Positions 1-9,774 of a stretch of DNA of 64,000 nt are shown here, one piece after another. A model generated the notes under the pieces. It had not been told where the DNA came from and did no database searches. It worked only from the letters and a program-made list of their open reading frames with translations. Each line of letters opens with the position of its first letter. Position 1 is the stretch's first letter. This DNA comes from an uncultured Bacteroidaceae bacterium (GTDB lineage: Bacteria > Bacillota > Clostridia > Christensenellales > CAG-917): assembly GCA_964599875.1 (NCBI GenBank), contig CAZRHE010000001.1, positions 59,411-123,410 on the forward strand, in the 5' to 3' direction. Made by a program: the position numbers and the translations under genes.

Positions 1-1080
1 GCATTCCCCGCCACCGATTTACCTTTCCCCGTATATTCGAATTTCGAGAATTGCCCGTTGGATGCGGACGTAATCATAGACTTCTCCGCTCCGTCTTCTC
101 TCGATTCCATTCTCGACTATGCGGTGAAAAACGGCGTCAGATGCGTCATCGCAACGACGGGACACACCGAAGAACAAATGAAACGCATAGAATATGCGTC
201 GAAATCTATTGCGATTTTCAAATCCGCAAACATGTCGCTTGGCATAAATCTTTTGTCAAACCTCTCCAAAGAAGCGACGAAATTCCTCGGTGAATCCTAC
301 GATATCGAAATCGTGGAAACCCACCACAACAAAAAACTCGACGCACCCAGCGGCACCGCGCTTTTAATCGCAAACGCGATTTCGGAAGCAAGACCCCTCG
401 TCCCCACTTTCGGAAGACACGAAAGCGCGAAAAGACGGGAGTCGAGCGAAATCGGAATCCACGCCATAAGAGGGGGCACGGTCGTCGGCAAACACGACGT
501 AATGTTCCTTGGCACGGGGGAAAGAATAACCCTTTCCCACGAGGCGGAAAGCAAAGAAGTTTTCGTGAAAGGCGCACTGCGCGCGTCCGAGTATCTTATG
601 ACCAAGCAAAGCGGACTTTACGATATGAATTCAATCCTCGGCAGTTACTACGCCGTCACGACGGTATCCGCCGAAGACAACGTATCTCTGATTGCATTCC
701 CGTCCATATCCTCGACCGACTTCCTCACCCTTTTGCGCAAGATAAAGGACTGCGACGTCAACATCGACATGATATCCCAAAACGCAAACGACGACGGCAC
801 TCTCGCCGTGTCTTTCAGCCTTTCAGACGACGACCTTGCAAGAGTGGAGAAGATGACGGATATCGAGCATAAGTGCATCGTCGGCACCGTAAAGATGACT
901 GCGGAAGGCGCGGGCATGGAACACCAAAGCGGCGTTGCTCTCGACGTTCTTTCTCAACTCAAAGGCGCAGGCGCGAAGATATACGCAATCACCACTTCGG
1001 AAACGAAAATCTCTTGCGCAATAAACAGCGACGCGAAAGCGGATGCGGAAATCGCGTTGCGCAATTATTACGGAATTTAA
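1..1080 (+). CDS. dapB: 4-hydroxy-tetrahydrodipicolinate reductase (DapB) fused to a C-terminal aspartokinase-type ACT-domain pair; 5' end lies upstream of the window
   Basis: Frame 1 is open from nt 1. DapB hallmarks are present: DVIIDFS, EIVETHHNKKLDAPSGTA, HAIRGGTVVGKHDVMF. Residues encoded after about nt 650 (DVNIDMISQ..., MTAEGAGMEHQSGVALDVLSQL...KIYAITTSETKISCAI) look like the LysC regulatory ACT pair. Confidence 0.85.
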   Translation, partial: AFPATDLPFPVYSNFENCPLDADVIIDFSAPSSLDSILDYAVKNGVRCVIATTGHTEEQMKRIEYASKSIAIFKSANMSLGINLLSNLSKEATKFLGESYDIEIVETHHNKKLDAPSGTALLIANAISEARPLVPTFGRHESAKRRESSEIGIHAIRGGTVVGKHDVMFLGTGERITLSHEAESKEVFVKGALRASEYLMTKQSGLYDMNSILGSYYAVTTVSAEDNVSLIAFPSISSTDFLTLLRKIKDCDVNIDMISQNANDDGTLAVSFSLSDDDLARVEKMTDIEHKCIVGTVKMTAEGAGMEHQSGVALDVLSQLKGAGAKIYAITTSETKISCAINSDAKADAEIALRNYYGI

Positions 1081-1147
1081 GGTTAATCTTATCAAAATCG
1101 ACTGTTAAACTATCGATTTTGCAATTATTCGATTTATTATGGCAATC

Positions 1148-1178
1148 AAAAAAACCGCGCGAAATCGTGCGGTTTTTT
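1148..1178. terminator. Bidirectional rho-independent terminator between dapB and cdd
   Basis: AAAAAAA-CCGCGCG-AAAT-CGTGCGG-TTTTTT. The 7-bp stem has one G-T pair and is flanked by an A-run and a T-run, between convergent genes. Confidence 0.7.
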
Positions 1179-1195
1179 ATATCGAAATTTACGGT

Positions 1196-1594
1196 CTATT
1201 TATTAAACCTATCGTATCCCCACCAGTCGGGAGTCAATTCTTTCAGTTTTACGGTTTTTTCTGTTTCGAGGTCAAGGAGAATTTCGATATCTCCGCTGTC
1301 CTTATCCAGTTGCATCATAAGTTCTCTACAAGCACCGCAAGGCGCGCCTACTCTGCCGTCGGGCATAACCGCCACAACCTTTTCTATCCTGCTCTCTCCG
1401 TGCGTAATCATACTTGCGATTGCGTTTCTTTCCGCGCACGTGCCGAGGGTCGACGCAGTGTCGATGCAAACGCCTACGTAAACATTTCCTTTCTTCGTGA
1501 GGATAGCCGCGGCAACGCCGCCCGCCTCTATAAACGGAGAAATAATTCGAGCGTTTTGAACCTTAACCGCCTCATCGTATAATTTCTTCCACAT
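1196..1594 (-). CDS. cdd: Cytidine deaminase
   Basis: 132 aa with zinc-ligand motifs CAERNAI and PCGACRE. GGAGGTG RBS upstream. Confidence 0.85.
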   Translation of the reverse strand: MWKKLYDEAVKVQNARIISPFIEAGGVAAAILTKKGNVYVGVCIDTASTLGTCAERNAIASMITHGESRIEKVVAVMPDGRVGAPCGACRELMMQLDKDSGDIEILLDLETEKTVKLKELTPDWWGYDRFNK

Positions 1595-1669
1595 AACGAC
1601 ACCTCCTCTGCCGTAATTGCCGTAACTTTCAAAGAGTTGTTATCTTTGAAACAAAATTATTATTGCAAG

Positions 1670-2614
1670 TTAAACGTTTTCAATTTTTATATTCTCTCCG
1701 AAGTGCTTATCCGCGTCCGCGTCAAACGCAAGAAAAACGCTCTCTTTGCTGAATCCCGCCGCAAACACCGCGATAAACACGAGCAAGCAACCAAGCAATT
1801 CTTTCGCAGTATTTTGTTCGTGCAAGATAAGCGCACCGCCTATAAGGCTGAACACGGATTCGAGGCTCATGATAAGCGTCGAGGTCGAAGGAGATACTCT
1901 CTTCTGCCCCGCAACCTGCAACGTGTAAGCGACCGCACTCGACAGCACGCCGAGATAAAGCAAAGGGATTATTCCGTCCGCTATCGCGCCTACTTTCGGA
2001 AAGCCGTTTGCCGCCATAAAGGGAAATCCTACGACTGCCGCCGTTGCAAATTGCACGAAGTTGAATTTGAGGGCGTCCGCTTTCCCCGCGTATAAATCGA
2101 TGAACACGATTTGCAAAGAAAACGCAAACGCGCACAAAAGGATTAAGATTTCACCTTTCGTGATTCCCGAGTCGCCGTTTATGCACATAAGCCAAAAGCC
2201 CGCTATTGCAATCACGATTGCAAACTTCCCCGCGGTCGTGGTTTTGCGCCCGATAAGGATACTCATAAAAGGCACGATTACTATATAAAGCGCGGTGATG
2301 AAGCCTGCCTTTCCCGCCTCGGTTTCTTCAAGTCCGAGTTGCTGTGAGAGCGTAGAAAACGTAAGGACTACTCCGCAAATGATTCCACCCACGATAGTGT
2401 CGCGGTTGAAACCTATTCTTTTCCGCCCTTTCTTTTTGGAAATAAGGTCGGAAACACCGACGAAAACGGCAAGCGAAATCGTCGCTATGACGTAGCGCAA
2501 TTCGCTGAAAGAATAACCGTCCAGCACTCCCGCGCCGTAGCGTTGCGCCACGAAAGCGAATCCCCAGATAAGCGCGGTTACGACGAGAATTATAGTCCCC
2601 GTGAATTTACGCAT
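1670..2614 (-). CDS. DMT-superfamily (EamA-like) transporter
   Basis: 314 aa, roughly 10 hydrophobic segments, EamA-like N-terminus (LIWGFAFVAQRYG). Start overlaps the birA stop by 8 nt. Confidence 0.75.
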   Translation of the reverse strand: MRKFTGTIILVVTALIWGFAFVAQRYGAGVLDGYSFSELRYVIATISLAVFVGVSDLISKKKGRKRIGFNRDTIVGGIICGVVLTFSTLSQQLGLEETEAGKAGFITALYIVIVPFMSILIGRKTTTAGKFAIVIAIAGFWLMCINGDSGITKGEILILLCAFAFSLQIVFIDLYAGKADALKFNFVQFATAAVVGFPFMAANGFPKVGAIADGIIPLLYLGVLSSAVAYTLQVAGQKRVSPSTSTLIMSLESVFSLIGGALILHEQNTAKELLGCLLVFIAVFAAGFSKESVFLAFDADADKHFGENIKIENV

Positions 2615-3389
2615 TTTCGGTTATCTCTCCCCAAAGGATTTTTTCTTCTTTGCCGCCCGACGAAATCACGAGAGTGCCGTCGTTTTCCACTCTGACGGCG
2701 ACTCCTTTGGAGGTTGTTCCGTCCGAGGAAATGCGGGAAACTGTTTTGCCGAGAGTGGATGAATAGAGGCAATATTCCTCGTTGAGTTCATCCGAAAACT
2801 TGCCGAAATACATACTTTCAATATCCGAAAGTGCGACGGCAAGCATAGCGCAAGCCTTTTTCACGTCGTAGCGTTTGCCGGTAACGGCGCGAAGAGAGGT
2901 TGCGATTCCGCCTAAAGACAGCAAATCTTTTTCCGCCGTATCCACGTTGACGCCGATGCCGACGACGACGTAGCGCGCGCCGTCCTTTTCCACGGATTCA
3001 GGCAAAATCCCAGATATCTTTTTTCCGTCGACGTTGACGTCGTTAGGCCACTTTATGGAGAGTTTGTCCGAGACTTCGGGTGCAAGTCCCGCAAGTGTAT
3101 TCACAACGGCAAGCGCGCTGTAAAGCCCGAAACCCACGAAATTCGCACCGTCGGGGACCTTGGTGGCGTACGTAAGATATACTCCCCCTTTCGGTGAGAG
3201 AAAGACTCTGTCATATCTTCCTCTCCCCGACGTTTGAGTGCTTGCGATAAACACCGCTCTATCCTCGACTTTGCCGTCCGCGATAAACGCCTTTGCAATG
3301 CGGTTGGTGGAATCCGTCGTCTTATAGCAAAAGCAAGGCAAAGTATTGCCCTGCTTTTTTTCTACGTAACTTTCTATGCTGCCAATCAT
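2607..3389 (-). CDS. birA: Biotin-[acetyl-CoA-carboxylase] ligase, group I (no N-terminal HTH)
   Basis: GRGRYDRVFLSPKGG (GRGRxGR-type biotin-binding loop) and KWPNDV motifs. The 260-aa length leaves no room for a repressor domain. Confidence 0.85.
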   Translation of the reverse strand: MIGSIESYVEKKQGNTLPCFCYKTTDSTNRIAKAFIADGKVEDRAVFIASTQTSGRGRYDRVFLSPKGGVYLTYATKVPDGANFVGFGLYSALAVVNTLAGLAPEVSDKLSIKWPNDVNVDGKKISGILPESVEKDGARYVVVGIGVNVDTAEKDLLSLGGIATSLRAVTGKRYDVKKACAMLAVALSDIESMYFGKFSDELNEEYCLYSSTLGKTVSRISSDGTTSKGVAVRVENDGTLVISSGGKEEKILWGEITENA

Positions 3390-3390
3390 G

Positions 3391-4584
3391 TTAACTGAAG
3401 ACTGCCATGAGGAAGCCTGCCGCGACTGCCGAGCCTATAACGCCTGCGACGTTAGATCCCATAGCGTGCATAAGCAAGTAGTTGTTCTTGTCGTACTGTC
3501 TGCCGACGGTGTTGGACACACGCGCCGCCATAGGAACGGCGGAAACGCCTGCCGAGCCGATAAGAGGATTGACTTTGCCTTTGGTGACGAAGCACATAAT
3601 TTTGCCGAAGAGCAATCCGCCGACGGTTGCGAACATGAACGCGCCGAGACCGAGTGCGATGATATACAAGGTTTGAAGTTTGAGGAAGGTTGCCGCTTGT
3701 GCGGTTGCGCCGACGGAGATTCCGAGGAACAACGTAACGATGTTCATAAGCGCGTTTTGCACGGTGTCGGACAATCTTTCGGTGACTCCGCATTCCTTCA
3801 AGAGGTTGCCGAACATAAGGCATCCGAGCAAACCTGCGACGGAGGGCAAAATGAAGCAAGTTGCGAGAGTAACGATGATGGGGAACAAAATCTTCTCTTT
3901 CTTGCTGACTTTGCGGGTGGGTTTCATGACGATTGCTCTTTCCTTTTTGGTGGTCATCAACTTCATGATAGGAGGTTGGATGAGAGGAATGAGAGCCATG
4001 TACGAGTACGCCGCGACCGCGATAGGGGCAAGGAGTTCGGGAGCAAGGGACTTGGTGAGCCAAATTGCCGTAGGACCGTCCGCGCCGCCGATGATACCGA
4101 TACTTGCCGCTTGAGGACCGGTGAAACCGATGCAGATTGCGAAGAAGAACGCAACGTAAACGCCGAGTTGTGCCGCCGCACCGAGAAGCAAGGATTTAGG
4201 ATTGGAAAGCAAGGGTTCGAAGTCCGTCATCGCGCCGACGCCCATGAAGATGAGGCAGGGATAAACGCCCGTCTTGACGCCGATATAAAGGATATCGATA
4301 AGACCGCCGTGTTTGAGGACGTTCAAATAATCGACGCCGTTTGCGACCGCCGCATCGCCCGTCCAGTATTCGGGGTGGAAAATCATATCTTCCGCACCGC
4401 CGACGGGGAGGTTTGTGAGAAGCATACCGAACGCGATACCGACGAGCAGTAGCGGTTCAAATTGCTTTTTGATAGCAAGCCAAAGGAATACGCACGCTAT
4501 AACGAGCATGACGGCGTTTTGCCACGTGAAGTTGGCAAGGCCGCTCGTATTCCACAAATTTCCAAGTATTTCGCCGTAATTCAT
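3391..4584 (-). CDS. oadB: Na+-translocating decarboxylase beta subunit (OadB/GcdB/MmdB family)
   Basis: 397-aa polytopic protein with a typical N-terminus (WQNAVMLVIACVFLWLAIKKQFEPLLLVGIAFGMLLTNLP). Sits in the operon with the carboxyltransferase, OadG and biotin carrier. Confidence 0.85.
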   Translation of the reverse strand: MNYGEILGNLWNTSGLANFTWQNAVMLVIACVFLWLAIKKQFEPLLLVGIAFGMLLTNLPVGGAEDMIFHPEYWTGDAAVANGVDYLNVLKHGGLIDILYIGVKTGVYPCLIFMGVGAMTDFEPLLSNPKSLLLGAAAQLGVYVAFFFAICIGFTGPQAASIGIIGGADGPTAIWLTKSLAPELLAPIAVAAYSYMALIPLIQPPIMKLMTTKKERAIVMKPTRKVSKKEKILFPIIVTLATCFILPSVAGLLGCLMFGNLLKECGVTERLSDTVQNALMNIVTLFLGISVGATAQAATFLKLQTLYIIALGLGAFMFATVGGLLFGKIMCFVTKGKVNPLIGSAGVSAVPMAARVSNTVGRQYDKNNYLLMHAMGSNVAGVIGSAVAAGFLMAVFS

Positions 4585-4592
4585 ACGTCACC

Positions 4593-4985
4593 TCAGATGA
4601 TTTCGACAAGGGGTGCACCGGTATCGACGGACGCGCCTTTCGTGACGAGGATATTGCCGATTTTGCCGCTGACGGGAGCGGTGATTTCGTTTTCCATCTT
4701 CATTGCTTCGAGAATGACGAGGAGGTCGCCTTCTTTTACGGTTTGTCCTGCAGTGACTTTGATTTGGTTGATAGTGCCGGGAAGAGGGGATTTGACGATT
4801 TCGCCGTTTCCGCTTGCGACGGGTGCGGCTTGAGGTGCCGCGGGTGCGGACGCTACGGGAGCAACGGGTACCGCCGCGGGTGCCGCTTGAGGAAGGGTCG
4901 CTTCATATTCCGCTTTGACGATTGCTTCGCCCTTTTCTACTTCTACTTCGTATATTTTTCCGTTCAAGGTAACTTTGTATATCAT
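4593..4985 (-). CDS. Free-standing biotinyl carrier protein of the decarboxylase
   Basis: 130 aa with an Ala/Pro-rich linker and the biotinylation motif EAMKMENEI. Confidence 0.85.
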   Translation of the reverse strand: MIYKVTLNGKIYEVEVEKGEAIVKAEYEATLPQAAPAAVPVAPVASAPAAPQAAPVASGNGEIVKSPLPGTINQIKVTAGQTVKEGDLLVILEAMKMENEITAPVSGKIGNILVTKGASVDTGAPLVEII

Positions 4986-4991
4986 AATTAT

Positions 4992-5378
4992 TTACTCCTG
5001 GTCGATTCTCTTAATGGATTTGAATTTGAGTTGATTGAGCGGAGTGCCGGTGGTATCCGCAACGATTGCCATAATCATAGCCGCGTCTCTCTCGTCGGTT
5101 TTGACGAGGACGAGATCTCCGCAAGAGCCGGGAGCGAGTTCTTGCTCGACGCTTTCAGCGGGAGCAGACTCCTCTGCCGCCTTCTTCTTGCCGAAATTGA
5201 ATTTCGGAAGTTTTGCCGCGATTTCAGGAGATTTCTCGCCGATTTTGCCCATAGCCCAGATGATGAACATCAAGATGACCAGCACGCCGAAAACTATCGC
5301 TATGCCGAGCAAGGACAGAATGAGCGCATCGAGAGCGGATATATTTACATTCGATAACGCAAGAAGATTTGTCATCAT
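4992..5378 (-). CDS. oadG: OadG-family decarboxylase gamma subunit
   Basis: 128 aa, single N-terminal TM (LILSLLGIAIVFGVLVILMFIIW), and the OadG-like tail ERDAAMIMAIVADTTG. Confidence 0.75.
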   Translation of the reverse strand: MMTNLLALSNVNISALDALILSLLGIAIVFGVLVILMFIIWAMGKIGEKSPEIAAKLPKFNFGKKKAAEESAPAESVEQELAPGSCGDLVLVKTDERDAAMIMAIVADTTGTPLNQLKFKSIKRIDQE

Positions 5379-5388
5379 ATTTTGCTCC

Positions 5389-6771
5389 TTATTCCTCGAT
5401 AGGTGCTATCGTGTATTTTACGACTTTTTCTTCCGCCGCCTTGCGTGCTTGGAAGAATTTTTCGGTGACGGTGGGGAACGCGATATAACTCAACACGTCC
5501 TCGTCGCTTCTGGCGACGTCGCCGAGTTCCGCTTTGGTCTTTTCAAACGCGGGTTCAAGAGTGTCTGCATATCTGCCTTCAATGGGTTTCTCGTCGCCGA
5601 GGACTTTCGCCATGACTTCGGGATTGATGGGTGCGGGCGTGGTGCCGTATTCGCCGAGGCAGTAAGACTTGACTTCTTTGGACACGTTTTTATATCTCTC
5701 TCCCGCAAGGACGTTTGCAGTCGCTTGCACGCCGACCATTTGGCTCATGGGAGTGACGAGAGGAGGATAACCGAGGTCCGCTCTTACCTTGGGAGTTTCG
5801 AGAAGGACTTCTTCGAATTTATCCATTGCGTTTTGCGCTTTGAGTTGTGCCACGAGGTTGGAGAGCATTCCGCCGGGGACTTTGTAGGTGAGTGCGTCGG
5901 TATCCGTCGCCATCATCTTGGGGTTAAGACCGCCACTTGCGATGAATTCGTCGCGGATGGGTTTGAAGAAATCGTTGACTTCTTTGAGGACGTCCGCGTT
6001 AAGACCGGTTTCGTAGCCGAGTTGACCGAGTGCATAGTTGAGGGTTTCGGTTGCGGGTTGAGAAGTGCCGCCGCTGAAACAAGAAGTTGCGGTGTCGATG
6101 ACGTCGACGCCCGCTTCCGCCGCCTTAAGATAAGTCATAAACGCAAGACCGGTGGTGCAGTGAGTGTGGAGCACGACGGGGACTTTGACTTCTTTCTTGA
6201 TTGCGGTGATGAGTTCTTGCGCCTCGAAGGGGCTCATAACGCCCGCCATATCCTTGACGCAGATGGATTGTACTCCCATATTTTCGAGTTCTTTCGCGAG
6301 TTTTGCAAAGGATTCGAGGGTGTGAACGGGGCTTTGAGTGAAGGAAAGAGTTCCCGAAACGGTTGCGCCTTTCTTTATTGCCTCTTTTGCCGCGACTTCG
6401 ATATTGCGAAGGTCGTTGAGTGCGTCGAAGATACGGATGATATCGATACCGTTATCCACCGACTTATCCACGAACGCGCGGACGACGTCGTCGGGATAGT
6501 GCTTGTAGCCGAGAAGGTTTTGACCTCTCAAAAGCATTTGCAATTTCGTATTGGGCATGCCCTTGCGAAGTTTGCGGAGTCTTTCCCACGGGTCTTCGTT
6601 GAGATATCTCAAACAACTGTCAAAGACCGCTCCGCCCCAGCACTCTACGGAATAATAACCCGCTTTGTCCATCGTAGGCAGTATGTCTGCGAATTTTTCA
6701 TACGGCAAACGCGTTGCAATCAAAGATTGGTTGGCGTCGCGCAGAACTGTTTCGGTAAAACCAATTTTCAT
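5389..6771 (-). CDS. oadA: Oxaloacetate decarboxylase alpha-subunit carboxyltransferase domain (pyruvate carboxylase subunit B-like), lacking a biotinyl domain
   Basis: MKIGFTETVLRDANQSL... is an HMGL-like TIM-barrel signature. Start re-set to the ATG at 6771, which has GGAGGC 4 nt upstream. The track start at 6870 adds 33 aa with no RBS. Confidence 0.85.
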   Translation of the reverse strand: MKIGFTETVLRDANQSLIATRLPYEKFADILPTMDKAGYYSVECWGGAVFDSCLRYLNEDPWERLRKLRKGMPNTKLQMLLRGQNLLGYKHYPDDVVRAFVDKSVDNGIDIIRIFDALNDLRNIEVAAKEAIKKGATVSGTLSFTQSPVHTLESFAKLAKELENMGVQSICVKDMAGVMSPFEAQELITAIKKEVKVPVVLHTHCTTGLAFMTYLKAAEAGVDVIDTATSCFSGGTSQPATETLNYALGQLGYETGLNADVLKEVNDFFKPIRDEFIASGGLNPKMMATDTDALTYKVPGGMLSNLVAQLKAQNAMDKFEEVLLETPKVRADLGYPPLVTPMSQMVGVQATANVLAGERYKNVSKEVKSYCLGEYGTTPAPINPEVMAKVLGDEKPIEGRYADTLEPAFEKTKAELGDVARSDEDVLSYIAFPTVTEKFFQARKAAEEKVVKYTIAPIEE

Positions 6772-6994
6772 TTTTGCCTCCATAATAGATATAAATATTG
6801 TTATTGTCGTGTTTCGTTGCGCTTCTCCGAGCACGGAAAACCGCGTTTTTTGTTCTCTCGGGCGTATCATAATTATGATATTGTCCGATTTTTGTCATTG
6901 TAGAGTATAACATATGCGCGCGCAAGTCGCAAGAGAAAACGGGAAAGTGTATTAAAATTAAATTAAAAAATTTAATTGTCATTCAAATTCCGCC

Positions 6995-7025
6995 CTAAAA
7001 ATAATCCGACGCATGCGGCGTCGGA
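6995..7025 (-). terminator. Rho-independent terminator after the ABC/FtsX gene
   Basis: Minus-strand TCCGACGC-CGCAT-GCGTCGGA followed by TTATTTTTA. Confidence 0.65.
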
Positions 7026-7070
7026 CTAAAAGACTTTTTTTGCGGATAACTTATCCGCTTACTCAAACGA

Positions 7071-9656
7071 TTATTCCCTTGCCTTGATTATATTCGCGGG
7101 TTTTATGAAGAGCACGCCGAGGAAAGGCATAAACGCGGACACGAGGGTGACTCCCAATACTATCGCGATACTCGTCCACATAACTCTGCCGTCGAATGCA
7201 AGCAAGGTGATGCCGCCTATCGAGGCGTTGTCCACGTATTCTATGAGGCTGTCCATCAAAAGATTGTTCGCAAGCGGCATGCCGAAATAGAAGAACAATC
7301 CGAACAAAATACATATGGAAAGTCCCACGCAAATTACTTGCACGAGGAATATGCCCGCGACGTTTCTCGTCCTTGCGCCCATAGCCTTCATGACGCCGAT
7401 TTCGTAGTTTCTCGAACGGATATTGCCAAAGGCAAAGAACGCCATAAGCAGAATCATAACTCCGCAAAGACCGACTGCTATCAGCATAAATATATCCTTG
7501 AAGACCGCGACGATTTTGGTTATCGACTGCACCGTTTTGAAAAACGCCGTCGCCGAATAGAAATTATTCTCCACCCCGACGTTGTAAATCTCCGAGATAT
7601 TGTCGTAGTTGTCGAAATACAGGGCCATCGGACATTGTAAATTCGCTCGCAACACCTTATCCAATATTGCTTTGTCGCGAACTAGTATTGAATAAGCGTC
7701 CTCGCGCAATCCTACGACGTGCAAGGTTATTGTTTCGTATACGTAATCCGAGCCGTAGCCGCGAATGTTAAACGTAATATCTATCGGTTCGAAATTCTCA
7801 TTATCCCCCGACGTATAAGAAGTACCCAAAATATCGTTTAAGGTGCCGCAACCCATTTCGCAATCATTTGTACCGTCACCGGGATTTTGATAGCAAGCGA
7901 AGTATTTCCCCGTGAAATTATACGTTTCGCCATTATACTCTGCAGACGACGACCTCAAAAACGCAAGTCGCGTAGCCGCTCTATTTATAAAGTGGTCGAG
8001 AAAATTCTCGTCGAGAGTATACATAACGGCAAGATAGTTATCGGCATATTCCTGAAATTCCGCAAGCGTCTGTTTGTCGATTTTCGCCTTTGATTGTATT
8101 TTCCATATATAATCGGCAAACTTCTCTTTGTAATCAGTTTTTATGACTGCGCACACGGTGCCGCGCGAACTTACGGTGCCCAAGCGTACGATATCGTCGT
8201 AAGATGCATTGTTCGAAATCGCTTTCCCCCAATGCAGCATACTGTCCGCCACGTAGTCCGTAATAATCACTCCGCCGTCTTCGCTATATATATCGCCTGC
8301 AAGCACTTCAAGTTTGCCGTTTTTGCCGAAGACTTTCGTCAAAAATTCTTCGTTACATTGCAATATTCCTCTCGTTTCGGTGGCGTAAAAATTAACAAAC
8401 ACACTCGTGCCGTCGATGATACCGTTTTCATATCCGTAAGTGGTTTCGGACAACGGATAACACCACGAGTATTTCTTAAAGATATTGCCCGTGTATCCCG
8501 CATCGTAAAACTTTTCTATATCTTCATCCGTGATTGCAACCGCATTACTTGTATTCAGGCTTTCGATAAGGTCGTCGTTTATATAGCCTTTGTTCATGAC
8601 GAAAGCGGGGTCGGTGGAGGTTTTCATCGCCTCGTTCATGGTCGCCGCGCCGTCGAATCCGACGAAAACCCGACTGAGCCCGAATAGCACCACCACGGCG
8701 GTGATGAGCACGGTCATGATTATGCTCGTGACGAGTTTCTTCCGCATAAATTTGCCCGACATTTCTATCGTGCGTTTGGTGGAAAGTTTGGATGGGATGA
8801 ATTTCATTTCCTCGCTTGCAGTGTTGTACACTTCCCCCGTATCCGCAAATGCGGTGTCCCTTTGCACGACTTTTTTGTTTCCGTCCGCAATCGCCTCGTT
8901 GAAAGCAAGCACCTCTTCATCCGTAAGTCTTGCTTTGTCGGGGATATAAATCGTATCCCCTTCTATTGCGAAAACGTTTTCGCCGAGTTCGTTTCTCGAC
9001 ACGTCGCGTATGACTTTGCCGTCCGCAAGTTCGATTATTCTATCCGCATACTTGTCCGCGTCCGCAATATTGTGCGACACGACGAGGACGAGGATTTCTT
9101 CGGACAATTTTTTCAAAAGTTCGAGCACCTGCACCGCAGTTTTGCTGTCGAGGTTTCCAGTAGGCTCGTCCGCAAGAATGAGTTTAGGGGATTTCACAAG
9201 TGCGCGCGCTATCGCAACCCTTTGACGTTGTCCGCCCGAGAGTTGAGTGGGTTTTCTGTGCGCGTATTCGGTGAGGTCGACTTTTTCAAGGATATCCGCG
9301 ATTTTTGCATTGCCGTGCTTCTCCCCTTGGAAGTCGAGGGCAAGACGCACGTTGTCTTCGACGGTCAGTTCGTTGATAAGACAAAAATCCTGAAATACGA
9401 AGCCTAAATAACTGTTGCGATAATTGTCGAAATCCGTGTTTGAAAATTGCGAAAACCTCTTTTCGCCTATGACGATATCCCCCGACGTGATTTCGTCGAG
9501 TCCGCCTATCATGTTGAGAAGAGTGGATTTTCCGCTTCCGCTTTTCCCTACGATGAACACAAGACCTTTATCGGGCAAAGTGAAAGATACGTCGTCAAGT
9601 CCGACTCCGTTCGTCCCCGTTGATTTATATATTTTAGTTAAGTGTTCGATTCTCAT
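7071..9656 (-). CDS. Fused ABC transporter ATP-binding / FtsX-type permease (MacB-like)
   Basis: N-terminus has Walker A GKSGSGKST, signature LSGGQRQR and Walker B LILADEP. After a TM at about aa 305 comes a ~400-aa extracytoplasmic region, then a C-terminal FtsX-like 3-TM bundle. Confidence 0.8.
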   Translation of the reverse strand: MRIEHLTKIYKSTGTNGVGLDDVSFTLPDKGLVFIVGKSGSGKSTLLNMIGGLDEITSGDIVIGEKRFSQFSNTDFDNYRNSYLGFVFQDFCLINELTVEDNVRLALDFQGEKHGNAKIADILEKVDLTEYAHRKPTQLSGGQRQRVAIARALVKSPKLILADEPTGNLDSKTAVQVLELLKKLSEEILVLVVSHNIADADKYADRIIELADGKVIRDVSRNELGENVFAIEGDTIYIPDKARLTDEEVLAFNEAIADGNKKVVQRDTAFADTGEVYNTASEEMKFIPSKLSTKRTIEMSGKFMRKKLVTSIIMTVLITAVVVLFGLSRVFVGFDGAATMNEAMKTSTDPAFVMNKGYINDDLIESLNTSNAVAITDEDIEKFYDAGYTGNIFKKYSWCYPLSETTYGYENGIIDGTSVFVNFYATETRGILQCNEEFLTKVFGKNGKLEVLAGDIYSEDGGVIITDYVADSMLHWGKAISNNASYDDIVRLGTVSSRGTVCAVIKTDYKEKFADYIWKIQSKAKIDKQTLAEFQEYADNYLAVMYTLDENFLDHFINRAATRLAFLRSSSAEYNGETYNFTGKYFACYQNPGDGTNDCEMGCGTLNDILGTSYTSGDNENFEPIDITFNIRGYGSDYVYETITLHVVGLREDAYSILVRDKAILDKVLRANLQCPMALYFDNYDNISEIYNVGVENNFYSATAFFKTVQSITKIVAVFKDIFMLIAVGLCGVMILLMAFFAFGNIRSRNYEIGVMKAMGARTRNVAGIFLVQVICVGLSICILFGLFFYFGMPLANNLLMDSLIEYVDNASIGGITLLAFDGRVMWTSIAIVLGVTLVSAFMPFLGVLFIKPANIIKARE

Positions 9657-9746
9657 ATAGTTCTCCCGAAATTAAACAAGTTAATTATACAATTTTTCAA
9701 AAAGAAATCAAGAGTATATTGTAAAAAACAAAATATCGTTTTATGT

Positions 9747-9774
9747 TTGATATTTTTCTTTCGTGTGCTATAAT
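9747..9774 (+). promoter_or_regulatory. Sigma-70-type promoter with extended -10, about 160 nt upstream of the Mrp gene
   Basis: TTGATA, 16 nt, TGCTATAAT. The resulting long leader has no structure I could assign. Confidence 0.45.

Noticed and set aside
3376-6903. Plus-strand ORFs of 358, 144, 204 and 622 aa
   Set aside because: They are antisense to the oxaloacetate-decarboxylase operon genes. The translations are Arg/Cys/Asp-rich nonsense, with no RBS.
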